DNA from: Methylococcaceae bacterium
Lineage (GTDB): Bacteria > Pseudomonadota > Gammaproteobacteria > Methylococcales > Methylomonadaceae
Length of the DNA: 64,000 nt
Direction: 5' to 3'
Assembly (NCBI GenBank): GCA_049296695.1
Contig: JBAQSX010000061.1
Coordinates: forward strand, 1 to 64,000
The notes below the pieces were generated by a model, which made no database searches, was not told the origin of the DNA, and was given only the letters and a program-made list of their open reading frames with translations. Positions 33,060 to 43,370 of this stretch are shown piece by piece. The position numbers were made by a program, and so were the translations under genes. The stretch's first letter is position 1, and each line of letters opens with the position of its first letter.

Positions 33060-34148
33060 TCATTTTGCTTCAATGAAATGTACCCGCTGGGTAACAGCAC
33101 ATACTAGGGTGTAGGGAATGGTGTCAGCGCACAGGGCAATTTCTTCAACAGGCAAGCCTTCGCCCCATAAAGTGACTAAATCACCTACTTTGGCATCAGG
33201 TAGGCTGGCTAAATCAACCGTTATCATGTCCATTGAAACTCTACCGCATAAAGGAACGCGCTGTCCGTTGATTAATACGGGTGTACCTTCACGCGCATGG
33301 CGCGGATAACCATCACCATAACCCACAGCGACTACGCCTAAAAGGGTGTCTTTTTGGCATTGCCAAGTACCCGCGTAACCGACTTTTTCACCAGCAGCCA
33401 AAGGTTTAACTACTATGAGGCGTGAACGCAGACTCATTACGGGTTTTAAACCTAATTGTTCACCTGTGCTGTTAGCAAACGGTGAAATGCCATAGAGCAT
33501 GATGCCGGGGCGTACCCAATGGCTCAGAGCTTGTGGATGCGCAAGCAAACCTGCTGAATTGGCAATGCTGTATTCAACACCTGTTTCTTGAATGTTGGCG
33601 GTCGTTTGTTTAAATAAGGCGATTTGCTCTGAGGTGCTGTCATCATTGCTGTCATCGGCATTAGCTAAATGGGTCATGATGTTAATGGGTTGCTTAACAA
33701 TAGTGCATTGGCGCAAACGCTGATAAACCTCATCAAATTCTGCGGCTTTAAAACCTAAGCGATTCATCCCTGTATCGAGTTTCAACCACACTGCTAATTG
33801 TGAAGTTTCAGTACGTTGCTTTAAATAGCTTAATTGTTCGTGTGAATGCACTACGACATCTAATTGATAATCGAGTAATAAATCCAATTCTTCAGGGCAA
33901 GTAAAACCCGATAACACGGCAATACGTTGCCGCATATTGGCTTCGCGTAAGCGAATACCTTCAGCGAGGCGTGCCACTGCAAAGGCATCGACTGTATTTA
34001 AAGCATGAGCCACGCGTAATAAGCCATGTCCATAAGCATTGGCTTTAATGACTGCCATGACTTTTGCTTGAGGTGCGCTGGCGCGTACTTGAGCAAGATT
34101 GTGTTTAAGCGCGTCGAGCGACAACATGACGTAAGCGGCAGGTATCAT
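33060..34148 (-). CDS. alr: Alanine racemase
   Basis: 362 aa; AVIKANAYGHG PLP-lysine motif. Confidence 0.95.
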   Translation of the reverse strand: MIPAAYVMLSLDALKHNLAQVRASAPQAKVMAVIKANAYGHGLLRVAHALNTVDAFAVARLAEGIRLREANMRQRIAVLSGFTCPEELDLLLDYQLDVVVHSHEQLSYLKQRTETSQLAVWLKLDTGMNRLGFKAAEFDEVYQRLRQCTIVKQPINIMTHLANADDSNDDSTSEQIALFKQTTANIQETGVEYSIANSAGLLAHPQALSHWVRPGIMLYGISPFANSTGEQLGLKPVMSLRSRLIVVKPLAAGEKVGYAGTWQCQKDTLLGVVAVGYGDGYPRHAREGTPVLINGQRVPLCGRVSMDMITVDLASLPDAKVGDLVTLWGEGLPVEEIALCADTIPYTLVCAVTQRVHFIEAK

Positions 34149-34339
34149 TAAGAGCCTCTGATTGTTAATAGGTTTGTAAAAGGTGCGCGTGGCAAGGTAT
34201 CGCGCAATAGTCTTATTATTTTAGTGTGTTTAACTTAAATTTAACTTGCGTAACCATAAACACGCGCTGACCGCGTTACGCGTTTGTGCCTTATGTCCTA
34301 TCGCTTTATCATTAGCGTAATTGCTAACCGCTAACCATT

Positions 34340-36589
34340 ATGCTCATGACTGAATTCACTGTAAAAACTGACCACCGCCTCGCGCCGATTGTATTATTTG
34401 CCTTAACCCTATTTACCAGCGCGTCATTGATGTTTGTGTTGCAACCGCTGTTTGGCAAATTATTACTGCCTTTATTAGGCGGCTCACCTGCGGTGTGGAA
34501 TACCTGCATGGTGTTTTATCAGAGCTTATTATTTTTGGGTTATTTATATGCGCACGGATTAGCCACGCGTTGCACAGCAAAACAACAAGTCTTTATTCAT
34601 GCCAGTATTATCGCATTGAGTTTTTTAGTATTACCCGTAGCACTGCCTGATAATAATCCACCACCCACAGAAACTAATCCCACTATTTGGGTATTTACTA
34701 CCTTATTATCCGCCATTGGCTTACCATTTTTTATTCTGTCAACCACCGCACCTTTAATGCAGAAATGGTTTGCCCAATTAAATCATAAACACAGTGATGA
34801 CCCGTATTTTTTATATGTCGCCAGCAATATTGGTAGTTTATTATCACTATTGAGTTATCCATTTTTATTAGAACCCAGTATCGGACTTGCCAGTCAACAA
34901 ACTGATTGGAGTATAGGTTACGCGCTATTATGTTTATTACTCAGCAGTTGCGCTTTAATGCTCTGGTTTAGCGCGAAAAACGCAGATAATACTCATGCCG
35001 ATATTCAAGAAAATCTACCACCATTAAGTATTAAAACACAAATGCGTTGGTTAGCTTTAGCCTTTGTTCCCTCAAGCTTATTATTAGGGCTAACTAATTT
35101 TATTAGCACCGATATAGCCTCAGTACCGTTATTGTGGATTATACCCTTAACGGTGTATTTATTGTCTTTTGTCATCGTATTTTCACATTGGAACGATAAA
35201 AGCCATCCGATTATCTTAAAACTACAACCGCTGTTTTTTGTCCCGTTTTTAATTTGCGCCTTTATTAATCCTGCGGATTTACAATATTGGGCATATTTAT
35301 TACTGCATATCATCGCCTTCTTTTTTGCGGTGATGGTCTGTCATGGGGAATTAGCAAAAGCGCGTCCACATACCGCTTATTTAACCAGATATTATTTAAT
35401 CATGTCGTTTGCAGGGATGCTAGGCGGCATGTTTAATACCTTTGTCGCACCGTTTATTTTTAAAGGTATTTATGAATATCCATTAATGATAGTCGCGGCG
35501 TTATTATTACGCCCTAGTATAACTGCTATTCATTATCGTGATAAAAAATTACTCTGGCAAATAGCCTTACCTGCATTAGTATTAAGCAGTGGCTGGTTAC
35601 TATTTACCGCACCACAAAATCCTGTTGATTATTTTGAAGCCTTTGCGATTGCCTTAATTTGTTTAAGCCTTATCGCTTATTGGACAAGAACTCAATTTAT
35701 TCATTATGCTTTATTTAATGGCGTTATTATTTTATTAGCTTTAGGCTTGCACAGTTTATCCGCTAAAACCTTATATCAAGAGCGCACTTTTTTTGGCGTG
35801 TTAAGTGTGCGGGAAAGCGTATTAATTAATGAACATAATCAACCTGAAACTTATTATGAATTATTTCACGGTACAACCAAACACGGTGCAGAACGTTTAA
35901 CTGCCGAAAATATTACCACGCCGCTGACTTATTACAGCAGACCCGGGCCTATGGGACAATTATTTAACGAATATAATAAACAAAATGATGCGTGGACTAT
36001 TGGCGCGGTGGGTTTAGGCGCGGGGGCTTTGGCGTGTTATGCAAAGCCTTCGCAAAACTGGACTTTTTATGAAATTGACCCTTTAGTGGTTAGCGTGGCA
36101 CAAAATACCCACTACTTTTCTTATTTAAAATTATGCGCCCCTAATGCCACTATGCGTATTGGTGATGCGCGTTTATCTTTAAATCAAGAACCTGAGGCTA
36201 AATTTGATTTATTAATGCTCGATGCTTTTAGTTCTGACGCTGTACCAACACATTTAATTACTCAAGAAGCCTTGCAACTTTATTTTAAAAAATTAAAGCC
36301 TAATGGTATTTTGGCATTTCATATTACTAATCGCCATTTAGCCTTAAAAAAGGTATTATCTATTCATGCTGAGCAGTTACATAAAACCGCTTTTATTGAA
36401 GAATTTAAACCCCAACAAGAATTACCTTTAGTGGTAGCCACTGATTGGGTAGTAATGGCAAATAATGCACAAACACTAGAGCCATTAAAGAATAGTAATT
36501 TAGGCGTGTGGGAAACCATGCCACTGTATTTTGATATAAAACCGTGGACGGATGATTTTACTAATATTGTGGATATTTGGAAAAAGTAA
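34340..36589 (+). CDS. Fused polytopic membrane (MFS-like) / spermidine-synthase-like methyltransferase-fold protein
   Basis: 749 aa; ~12 TM N-terminal half, C-terminal PABS-like domain (GAVGLGAGALACY ... FDLLMLDAFSSD). Confidence 0.8.
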   Translation: MLMTEFTVKTDHRLAPIVLFALTLFTSASLMFVLQPLFGKLLLPLLGGSPAVWNTCMVFYQSLLFLGYLYAHGLATRCTAKQQVFIHASIIALSFLVLPVALPDNNPPPTETNPTIWVFTTLLSAIGLPFFILSTTAPLMQKWFAQLNHKHSDDPYFLYVASNIGSLLSLLSYPFLLEPSIGLASQQTDWSIGYALLCLLLSSCALMLWFSAKNADNTHADIQENLPPLSIKTQMRWLALAFVPSSLLLGLTNFISTDIASVPLLWIIPLTVYLLSFVIVFSHWNDKSHPIILKLQPLFFVPFLICAFINPADLQYWAYLLLHIIAFFFAVMVCHGELAKARPHTAYLTRYYLIMSFAGMLGGMFNTFVAPFIFKGIYEYPLMIVAALLLRPSITAIHYRDKKLLWQIALPALVLSSGWLLFTAPQNPVDYFEAFAIALICLSLIAYWTRTQFIHYALFNGVIILLALGLHSLSAKTLYQERTFFGVLSVRESVLINEHNQPETYYELFHGTTKHGAERLTAENITTPLTYYSRPGPMGQLFNEYNKQNDAWTIGAVGLGAGALACYAKPSQNWTFYEIDPLVVSVAQNTHYFSYLKLCAPNATMRIGDARLSLNQEPEAKFDLLMLDAFSSDAVPTHLITQEALQLYFKKLKPNGILAFHITNRHLALKKVLSIHAEQLHKTAFIEEFKPQQELPLVVATDWVVMANNAQTLEPLKNSNLGVWETMPLYFDIKPWTDDFTNIVDIWKK

Positions 36590-36600
36590 TAATGTCCACT

Positions 36601-36740
36601 AAAGGCACTAAAAACACGAAATGATACTAACACGACTGCCAGTCCTTTGGAGGACTGGCAGTCGTGTTATTCGTAAATAGTAATACAAAATTGAATGACT
36701 ACTAAAAATTAATTTTCGTGCTTTTAGTGCATTTCGTGGT
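36601..36740. repeat. Palindromic element: outer inverted repeat (gcactaaaaacacg / cgtgcttttagtgc) around a 16-bp perfect hairpin (acacgactgccagtcc/ggactggcagtcgtgt); likely bidirectional terminator between convergent genes
   Basis: seen directly in sequence. Confidence 0.55.
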
Positions 36741-36753
36741 TCACTAAAACTTT

Positions 36754-37221
36754 TTACGAAGACTGAGTTTCTAAGACTTTTAGAATAGCTTCAATATGAC
36801 CTTTAACTTTTACTTTACGCCATTGATGAATTAATACGCCGTCACTGTTAATTAAAAAACTACTGCGTTCTATACCGCGTGCTTGTTTACCATACATATT
36901 TTTTATTACCATAACCCCGAATAATTCACAGAGACTTTCATTAGTGTCGGCAATTAAATCAAAAGGTAAATCATGCTTAGCTTTAAAATTTTCATGGGTA
37001 CGAACACTATCACGCGATACACCTAAGATAACAGTATTTAACGCGCTAAATTGTGCTATGGTATCACGAAAATCTTGAGCCTCTTGTGTGCAACCTGCGG
37101 TATTATCTTTGGGATAGAAATATAATAATAAATTCTGTCCACGATAATCACTAAATTGAATGGTTTTATTATCATCAGTGATAGCACTAAAATCAGGGAT
37201 AACAGTATTTAAAGTAATCAT
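36754..37221 (-). CDS. bcp: Thiol peroxidase Bcp (peroxiredoxin Q)
   Basis: 155 aa; FYPKDNTAGCTQEA peroxidatic Cys motif. Confidence 0.9.
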   Translation of the reverse strand: MITLNTVIPDFSAITDDNKTIQFSDYRGQNLLLYFYPKDNTAGCTQEAQDFRDTIAQFSALNTVILGVSRDSVRTHENFKAKHDLPFDLIADTNESLCELFGVMVIKNMYGKQARGIERSSFLINSDGVLIHQWRKVKVKGHIEAILKVLETQSS

Positions 37222-37227
37222 GGTATA

Positions 37228-37752
37228 TTAACGCTTAATGGGTTCAAATAAAGCATCGAGATTTAATTGATCGCAATAATCTAATATATCTTCACGCAAG
37301 GTCATTAATTGACTATGCGCGGGGATTAATAAGACAAAACGAATGGCAAAGACTGCGGTTTGATTATAAGCGGCTTGATAACTACTACCTGTGACTTCTT
37401 CAATGTTAATATCACGGTCAACTAAAAAGTTACTGAGCGATTCAATCACAGCATCTTTATCGACAGAAAAGGTTTCTAATACATAAGGTATACTTGCCTC
37501 AGCGGGTAGCTGTGGCTCAGTACGCACATTGTGTATCTGCACGGCAAAGTGTTTGTGTAGGCTTTCTAGGGCATTTTCTAATTTGGCAATTTGATTCCAA
37601 CTGCCTTGTACTAAAAGATAAGTCGCTCTGGTTTGAGCAAGACAAGAGCTACGCATTTCTACGATACTGCATTTGCTGTCACGAACCGAGGACAGTAATT
37701 CGGCAAGATAATCGCTGGATAATTCACCTAGCGCGGTAATAGCGAGTTGCAT
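37228..37752 (-). CDS. gcvR: Glycine cleavage system transcriptional repressor-like ACT-domain protein
   Basis: 174 aa tandem ACT-like; conserved gcvR-bcp synteny as in E. coli. Confidence 0.7.
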   Translation of the reverse strand: MQLAITALGELSSDYLAELLSSVRDSKCSIVEMRSSCLAQTRATYLLVQGSWNQIAKLENALESLHKHFAVQIHNVRTEPQLPAEASIPYVLETFSVDKDAVIESLSNFLVDRDINIEEVTGSSYQAAYNQTAVFAIRFVLLIPAHSQLMTLREDILDYCDQLNLDALFEPIKR

Positions 37753-37900
37753 AATAGTTAATTTTTTTAAAGGTTTAGGCGAAGTGTTGCAATGTGTTGT
37801 TCACGTTGCTTTTTTTGGTATTAAAATAAGTCTGTTGCCTTTAGCATTTAAGATTCTAAACGGTGTGGCAGGATTTTACTCTTCATTTATTAATTGAACT

Positions 37901-39367
37901 ATGTCCAATAAAAAACGCAAACAAAGACGCAATCATTTTTCTGGCGACTGGCAACTAAAAGATGACCCGCTACAGCTGGCTAAAGATGAGGTCATAAATG
38001 ATAACATCATACCCGTAACGGCAATTACCGCCGATGAAGATGCCATTGATCGCTTATTGATGGACGCATCCTTTGAAGTCGATGATGAATCTTTGCCTTT
38101 AGCAACAGCTGTTATTGAGGATACTAGCCCTGCGTTTGATAATAAAACCGCGTCTCATGACAATAAGCTTGAGACCGTAGTAACAGAGCCAGCAGAGCCT
38201 GAAATCGATTTAGGGGTTGATGAGCTGTTAATTGAGCCTGAAAAACCCAAACTCACCAAAAGAACCGTTTTCTCCAAAAATAAATCTGAATCACAAGTTA
38301 ATGATTTTATTAAATCGTATTTTGTGAAACGTTCTGCTTTAGATGACAGCGACATAGAAATTGAGCAAAAAGAGCCTGTCTCTGTTGATTTTATGACACA
38401 AACTCAAGAGGATGACGTTAATGCTGAGCCATTGCCTGATAAACCAGCACCATCGATTAATACTTTGTTAGAAGAATTAGCCGATAAAACGCGCAAGAAT
38501 CAATTATTAACTTATAGTGCTTTAGGATTTGCAGGTATCGCGCTGATTAGTTGTACGATTTTGGGTTTATGGTCAATGGAAGCCAAATCCAAACTGACCA
38601 AGCACAGTGAATTAATCGATATTATCGAAGAAGACGTGGCTAATCTTAATGAAAAAACCGCTAATATCAGTAATTATCCGCGTCCTTTGGCGGCAAAACC
38701 TTTAGCTTTACCTAGCATGAGTGCTGTGAACAATGAACCTATAAAAACAGTTGATACGCGCTCAGCAAGCACTTTAGTGACCAAACCTGCCCTTGAAACT
38801 AATACTGATAATACCGCCACAGCTTTAGTTGACGAAACGCCTGTTCCCGTTCCACAGCGTAAAAAATATAAAAAACCCGCGCCTGAGCATGAGACAACTG
38901 ACACGCATGATAAAACCCCACATGTAGCCGAGCATAAAAAGTCTTCAAAAAATGCTGAGCATGAGACTGATAAAACCAACGCTAAAGAACGCAAAACAGC
39001 GCAACATAAAACCCAAGCCGATTTAGCGCAACAGCGTAACGCACATAAAACGCGTGAAGCTGAAAAAGTTAAACCCGTTATTATTGAACCCTTAATGACC
39101 AGCACTAAAAAAGATAATAAAAACCCCTTTGCTGAAACTTGGGTAGTCAATATCGCCGCTTCTAAACAGCAAGACTATATTAAAACTCAAGCGCAGGCTT
39201 TGGCAAAACGTGGCGTGGCTGTAAAAATCATTCCTGTGATTATTAATAATGGTACATGGTATCGGTTACGCGCAGGTAGTTTTGCCGATAAAGAAAGTGC
39301 TAATGCCTATGCCAATAAAATACGGCACAGTTTTAATTTAAATTCAGTTTGGGTGGGTAATCAATAA
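37901..39367 (+). CDS. SPOR-domain protein (cell-division/peptidoglycan-binding, DedD/FtsN-like), low-complexity linker
   Basis: 488 aa; one TM mid-protein; C-terminal SPOR domain (WVVNIAASKQQDY...GTWYRLRAGSFADKESA). Confidence 0.7.
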   Translation: MSNKKRKQRRNHFSGDWQLKDDPLQLAKDEVINDNIIPVTAITADEDAIDRLLMDASFEVDDESLPLATAVIEDTSPAFDNKTASHDNKLETVVTEPAEPEIDLGVDELLIEPEKPKLTKRTVFSKNKSESQVNDFIKSYFVKRSALDDSDIEIEQKEPVSVDFMTQTQEDDVNAEPLPDKPAPSINTLLEELADKTRKNQLLTYSALGFAGIALISCTILGLWSMEAKSKLTKHSELIDIIEEDVANLNEKTANISNYPRPLAAKPLALPSMSAVNNEPIKTVDTRSASTLVTKPALETNTDNTATALVDETPVPVPQRKKYKKPAPEHETTDTHDKTPHVAEHKKSSKNAEHETDKTNAKERKTAQHKTQADLAQQRNAHKTREAEKVKPVIIEPLMTSTKKDNKNPFAETWVVNIAASKQQDYIKTQAQALAKRGVAVKIIPVIINNGTWYRLRAGSFADKESANAYANKIRHSFNLNSVWVGNQ

Positions 39368-39373
39368 AGCGTT

Positions 39374-39790
39374 TTATTCACATAAAACCAAAGTCACTTC
39401 TTCAGCGCGGTTTTCATTAATTTTAAAACCGCGCATTTCTAAAATTCCCTTAGTATTTAAAGAAATAATTAAATACAACACTTCCGCATAACCCACTAAG
39501 CTTAAATCTTTTAATGAAGGTTGCGCTGGCGCGTGTGGATGTGAATGATAAATAGCAAATAATGTTTCGCCGCGCTCACGCATGGTTTTTATTGCTTCAA
39601 TATGCTCACTACTGTCTAATAAAAACTGTTGCTGAGCATTTTCAGCGGTATTTTTAATAGCATAACAACGATGCGCCAGTCCATTTAAACTGCTTACTAA
39701 ACCACAGACTTCTAATTCGGGTGATTGTTGGGCGTGAGCTAATAATTGATTATTAAGTTTTCTGGGGATTTGAATAACTGTTGAATACAT
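39374..39790 (-). CDS. Mov34/MPN/JAMM-family metalloprotease-like protein
   Basis: 138 aa; JAMM motif IYHSHPHAPAQPSLKD and upstream E (ELEVCG). Confidence 0.8.
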   Translation of the reverse strand: MYSTVIQIPRKLNNQLLAHAQQSPELEVCGLVSSLNGLAHRCYAIKNTAENAQQQFLLDSSEHIEAIKTMRERGETLFAIYHSHPHAPAQPSLKDLSLVGYAEVLYLIISLNTKGILEMRGFKINENRAEEVTLVLCE

Positions 39791-39829
39791 AAAATAGTGA
39801 CCTGTGATATAAACTACTTAGCCGCATTG

Positions 39830-39912
39830 TCTGAATCAGGATTTTCTATGGTTATAAGATTAACGGGATACTATCTTGTTAATCCTAAAATCCTGTCAAT
39901 CCTGATTCTGAC
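39830..39912. mobile_element. MITE family A copy 3
   Basis: tctgaatcaggatttt ... aatcctgattctgac terminal inverted repeats. Confidence 0.65.
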
Positions 39913-39994
39913 AATAGAATAATGACAAGCTAAGTAGTGACCATTGAAATAATTATAAAGACGTTGCGGTGCAACGTCTCTACCCATTTAAACC

Positions 39995-40729
39995 TTAGGA
40001 ATAACTTTCTAAAGCCATTAATTGTTTTTCTAATAATTGCTTAATACCTTCACCTGCTAAGGCTAGCATAGCATTTAATTCATCTTGTCTAAAGGCATGT
40101 CCTTCGGCTGTACCTTGAATTTCAATAAAGGCACTGGCATCGTTCATGACTACATTCATATCAGTTTCAGCATTACTGTCTTCAGCATAATCTAAATCCA
40201 ATACGGGTACGCCATTATAAATACCCACCGATACTGACGCGATTTGTCCATGTATAGGATTAGTTTTAATTAATTTACGCTTTAACATGGTTTGCACAGC
40301 TATTGATAACGCCACAAAACCGCCTGTAATCGCCGCTGTACGCGTACCACCGTCTGCTTGCAAGACATCACAATCAATAGTGACGGTATGCTCGCCCAAG
40401 GCTTTTAAATCAATAGCGGCGCGTAAAGAACGTCCAATTAAGCGTTGAATTTCTAAGGTGCGTCCGCCTTGTTTGCCGTTGCTAGCCTCGCGTCCCATAC
40501 GGCTGTGGGTAGAACGCGGTAACATGCCATATTCAGCCGTTACCCAACCTTCGCCTTTGCCTTTTAAAAAGCGCGGCACACTTTTATCAACGCTGGCCGT
40601 ACACAATACACGGGTATCGCCAAATTCAACCAGTACCGAGCCTTCGGCATGTTTAGTAAAACCACAAGTAAATTTTATTTCTCTTAGCTGATTGGCAGCA
40701 CGTCCGCTAGGTCTCATTATTCGTTCCAT
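39995..40729 (-). CDS. rph: Ribonuclease PH
   Basis: 244 aa (likely true start at MRPSGR); canonical RNase PH motifs. Confidence 0.95.
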   Translation of the reverse strand: MERIMRPSGRAANQLREIKFTCGFTKHAEGSVLVEFGDTRVLCTASVDKSVPRFLKGKGEGWVTAEYGMLPRSTHSRMGREASNGKQGGRTLEIQRLIGRSLRAAIDLKALGEHTVTIDCDVLQADGGTRTAAITGGFVALSIAVQTMLKRKLIKTNPIHGQIASVSVGIYNGVPVLDLDYAEDSNAETDMNVVMNDASAFIEIQGTAEGHAFRQDELNAMLALAGEGIKQLLEKQLMALESYS

Positions 40730-40838
40730 TACTTATAAATAAACACAGTATAACGTATGCACCAGTTAAAAAGGTGCAAGCCTTAAGCGACAAGGTTAGA
40801 ATGCCGACTTTTAAATCGAACTGACTAACAGGTAATCC

Positions 40839-41705
40839 ATGATAAAAAGTATGACCGCTTATGCCAATAATGAGGCAGAACTGGGGAATTTAACCATTAA
40901 TTGTGAGTTACGTTCGGTCAATCACCGTTATTTTGATTTAACCCTAAAAATACCCGACCGTTTGCGTTTTGTTGAAGCTGAATTACGCACGTTAATTTCA
41001 GGAAAAATTAATCGCGGTAAAGTGGAATGCGCTTTGAGTTATAAAAAACAAAACAAAGAAGGACAAAGTTTTGTCATTAATACCGAAGCCGTGCAAGCTT
41101 TAATTGCGGCAACTGAGCAAATTGAACAATTAATGCCTGCGGCTTTAGCATTTTCAGCATTAGATGTATTAGCTTTTTCAGGAATTCAACAAGAAGCGAC
41201 TATTGATAAAACCGAATTAAGTTTGGGTATTTCGCAATTAGTTAAACAAACTTTAATTGAATTTCTAGCGGTGCGTGAACGTGAAGGGGCGCAATTAAAA
41301 TTATTAATTGAAGAGCGTTGCCTTAAAATACAACAGTTTGCTGAGTTAGCAGGGCAACGTATTCCTGAGGTATTACAATTAACGCGTACTAAATTAAAAG
41401 ATAAAATTAGTGAATTAGTGGCGCAACCTGATTTTGATAGACTTGAGCAAGAATTAGTTTTTTTAACGCAAAAACTCGATATTGCCGAAGAATTGGATAG
41501 ATTAAATACCCACATCACTGAAGTATTGCGGGTATTAAAACAATCAGAACCTGTAGGCAGACGTTTGGATTTTTTAATGCAGGAATTAAATCGTGAAGCC
41601 AATACCTTAGGTTCTAAATCCACCGATAAAGAAATGACCGCTATTGCGATTGAATTAAAAGTTTTAATTGAACAAATGCGCGAGCAAATTCAAAATATTG
41701 AATAG
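40839..41705 (+). CDS. yicC: YicC-family protein (UPF0701)
   Basis: 288 aa; MTAYA...RSVNHRY N-terminal signature; divergent from rph as in many proteobacteria. Confidence 0.85.
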   Translation: MIKSMTAYANNEAELGNLTINCELRSVNHRYFDLTLKIPDRLRFVEAELRTLISGKINRGKVECALSYKKQNKEGQSFVINTEAVQALIAATEQIEQLMPAALAFSALDVLAFSGIQQEATIDKTELSLGISQLVKQTLIEFLAVREREGAQLKLLIEERCLKIQQFAELAGQRIPEVLQLTRTKLKDKISELVAQPDFDRLEQELVFLTQKLDIAEELDRLNTHITEVLRVLKQSEPVGRRLDFLMQELNREANTLGSKSTDKEMTAIAIELKVLIEQMREQIQNIE

Positions 41706-41723
41706 TTTTTATTATTTTAAGCC

Positions 41724-41763
41724 AAAAAAAAAGCGTTGCTTACAATAAGCAACGCTTTTTTAG
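41724..41763. terminator. Bidirectional rho-independent terminator (yicC / coxC convergent)
   Basis: aaaaaaaaagcgttgcttacaataagcaacgctttttt. Confidence 0.8.
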
Positions 41764-41775
41764 TTTAGTATCAAA

Positions 41776-42648
41776 TTACATGATATAAACAAATACAAAT
41801 AAGCCCAACCATACTACGTCAACAAAGTGCCAATACCAAGCGGCGGCTTCAAAAGCAAAATGATTTTCAGGAGTGAAATGACCTTTCGCGCTACGGAATA
41901 AGACCACGCTTAAAATAATTGCACCCACGCAAACGTGAAAGCCATGAAAGCCTGTCAACATAAAGAAAGTTGAACCGTAAATACCAGAGCCTAAAGTTAA
42001 GCCCATTTCGGTATACGCTTCATGATATTCCATTGCTTGAAAGGCAACGAAAAGAAAACCTAAAGCCACAGTCGCAATTAAACCTTTGATTAATTGGTCA
42101 CGGTTTTTAGCCAATAAGCCATGATGCGCCCAAGTACAAGTCACGCCACTGCTTAACAATAATAAAGTATTTAAAAATGGTAATCCCCACGCGCTCATGG
42201 ATTCAAATTCACCATCTTTAGTGGGTTGACCATTTAATAAATGCCCTGGACCATTGGTTGGCCAATGCGCTTCAAAAGCGGGCCATAATAATTCTTTAGT
42301 CGCACCTTCGCCCAACCAAGGCACTGATAAATTGCGGGTGTACCATAATGTGCCAAAGAATACCGCAAAGAACATCACTTCAGAAAAAATGAACCACATC
42401 ATGCCCATACGGTAGGAAATACCTACACCATGATTGTACATGCCTGATTCGCTTTCTTGCGCTTGCAGTGTGAACCAACCTGCTACCATGACAAGAAAAA
42501 TGGCTAAACCGACAATCATTAAAGTCGAACCAATGGCAGAACCATTTAAATAATTGGCAAAACCTGCCAAGGTAGTCACCAAACCAGCGGTAACTAAAAT
42601 CGGCCAAGTCGCTTTATGCGGAATATAATAAGCGTTGCTTGTTGACAT
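41776..42648 (-). CDS. coxC: Cytochrome c oxidase subunit III
   Basis: 290 aa 7-TM protein with Cox3 family signature. Confidence 0.9.
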   Translation of the reverse strand: MSTSNAYYIPHKATWPILVTAGLVTTLAGFANYLNGSAIGSTLMIVGLAIFLVMVAGWFTLQAQESESGMYNHGVGISYRMGMMWFIFSEVMFFAVFFGTLWYTRNLSVPWLGEGATKELLWPAFEAHWPTNGPGHLLNGQPTKDGEFESMSAWGLPFLNTLLLLSSGVTCTWAHHGLLAKNRDQLIKGLIATVALGFLFVAFQAMEYHEAYTEMGLTLGSGIYGSTFFMLTGFHGFHVCVGAIILSVVLFRSAKGHFTPENHFAFEAAAWYWHFVDVVWLGLFVFVYIM

Positions 42649-42660
42649 AAAATCCTCTCT

Positions 42661-43203
42661 TTATTTTACTGATTCATCAGTAATATCAAAAAATGTATAA
42701 GCTAATGTAATTGTTTTATGTTGCGCGGGTAAATCTGGATTAATTACAAAACGCATCGGCATGATTTTCACTTCATGTGCTTTAAAGGTTTGCTTTTCAA
42801 AACAAAAACATTGGGTTTTTTCAAAAAACTCACCTACGCCATTGGGTGTAAAACTCGCTGTAGCTCTAGCAATAATTGTTTTATCGCTTTTGTTTTCAGC
42901 ATAAAAATTAACAGTATGATACTCGCCCGAATGTACTGTTAATTGTTTAGTTTCAGCGCGAAATATCATCGGTGTTTTTTCATTAACCATGGTCATAAAT
43001 TCAACATTGATATTTCGATTTTTATCGATGTTATAACTGGTTTCTTTAACTTGTTTAACATCGTCTGGTTGATTAATACCTACCCATTTACACAGCGTGT
43101 AATAAAAAGGTACTAAAACATAACCAAACCCAAACATAGCAACCGCAACAAAAACCAAGATGCGCGCTAACTTAATATTTTTATTATTTAAGTTATTGCT
43201 CAT
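42661..43203 (-). CDS. ctaG: Cytochrome c oxidase assembly protein CtaG/Cox11
   Basis: 180 aa; N-terminal TM plus Cox11 domain with CFCF copper-binding motif (TQCFCFEKQ). Confidence 0.85.
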   Translation of the reverse strand: MSNNLNNKNIKLARILVFVAVAMFGFGYVLVPFYYTLCKWVGINQPDDVKQVKETSYNIDKNRNINVEFMTMVNEKTPMIFRAETKQLTVHSGEYHTVNFYAENKSDKTIIARATASFTPNGVGEFFEKTQCFCFEKQTFKAHEVKIMPMRFVINPDLPAQHKTITLAYTFFDITDESVK

Positions 43204-43299
43204 ACCGAAACTGCTTGAATAACAGCGGCGACATAAATAGCAATGGCAATTAAACCTAATACTAAACCTGTCAAAATATTTTTCTTTTTGGTATCCATT
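43201..43299 (-). CDS. Small (32 aa) single-TM ORF between coxA and ctaG, translationally coupled to ctaG (ATGA overlap)
   Basis: MDTKKKNILTGLVLGLIAIAIYVAAVIQAVSV; below ORF-track size cut-off; stop overlaps ctaG ATG. Confidence 0.4.
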
Positions 43300-43370
43300 A
43301 GCTCACCGCCTTTAGTTTTAAAAGTAGCCCGATTGCGAGCTACTTTAAAGTCAATATACAAACCAACTGT

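Noticed and set aside
38155-39150. 66- and 158-aa ORFs antisense to the SPOR-domain gene
   Set aside because: Low-complexity antisense frames of a repetitive gene.
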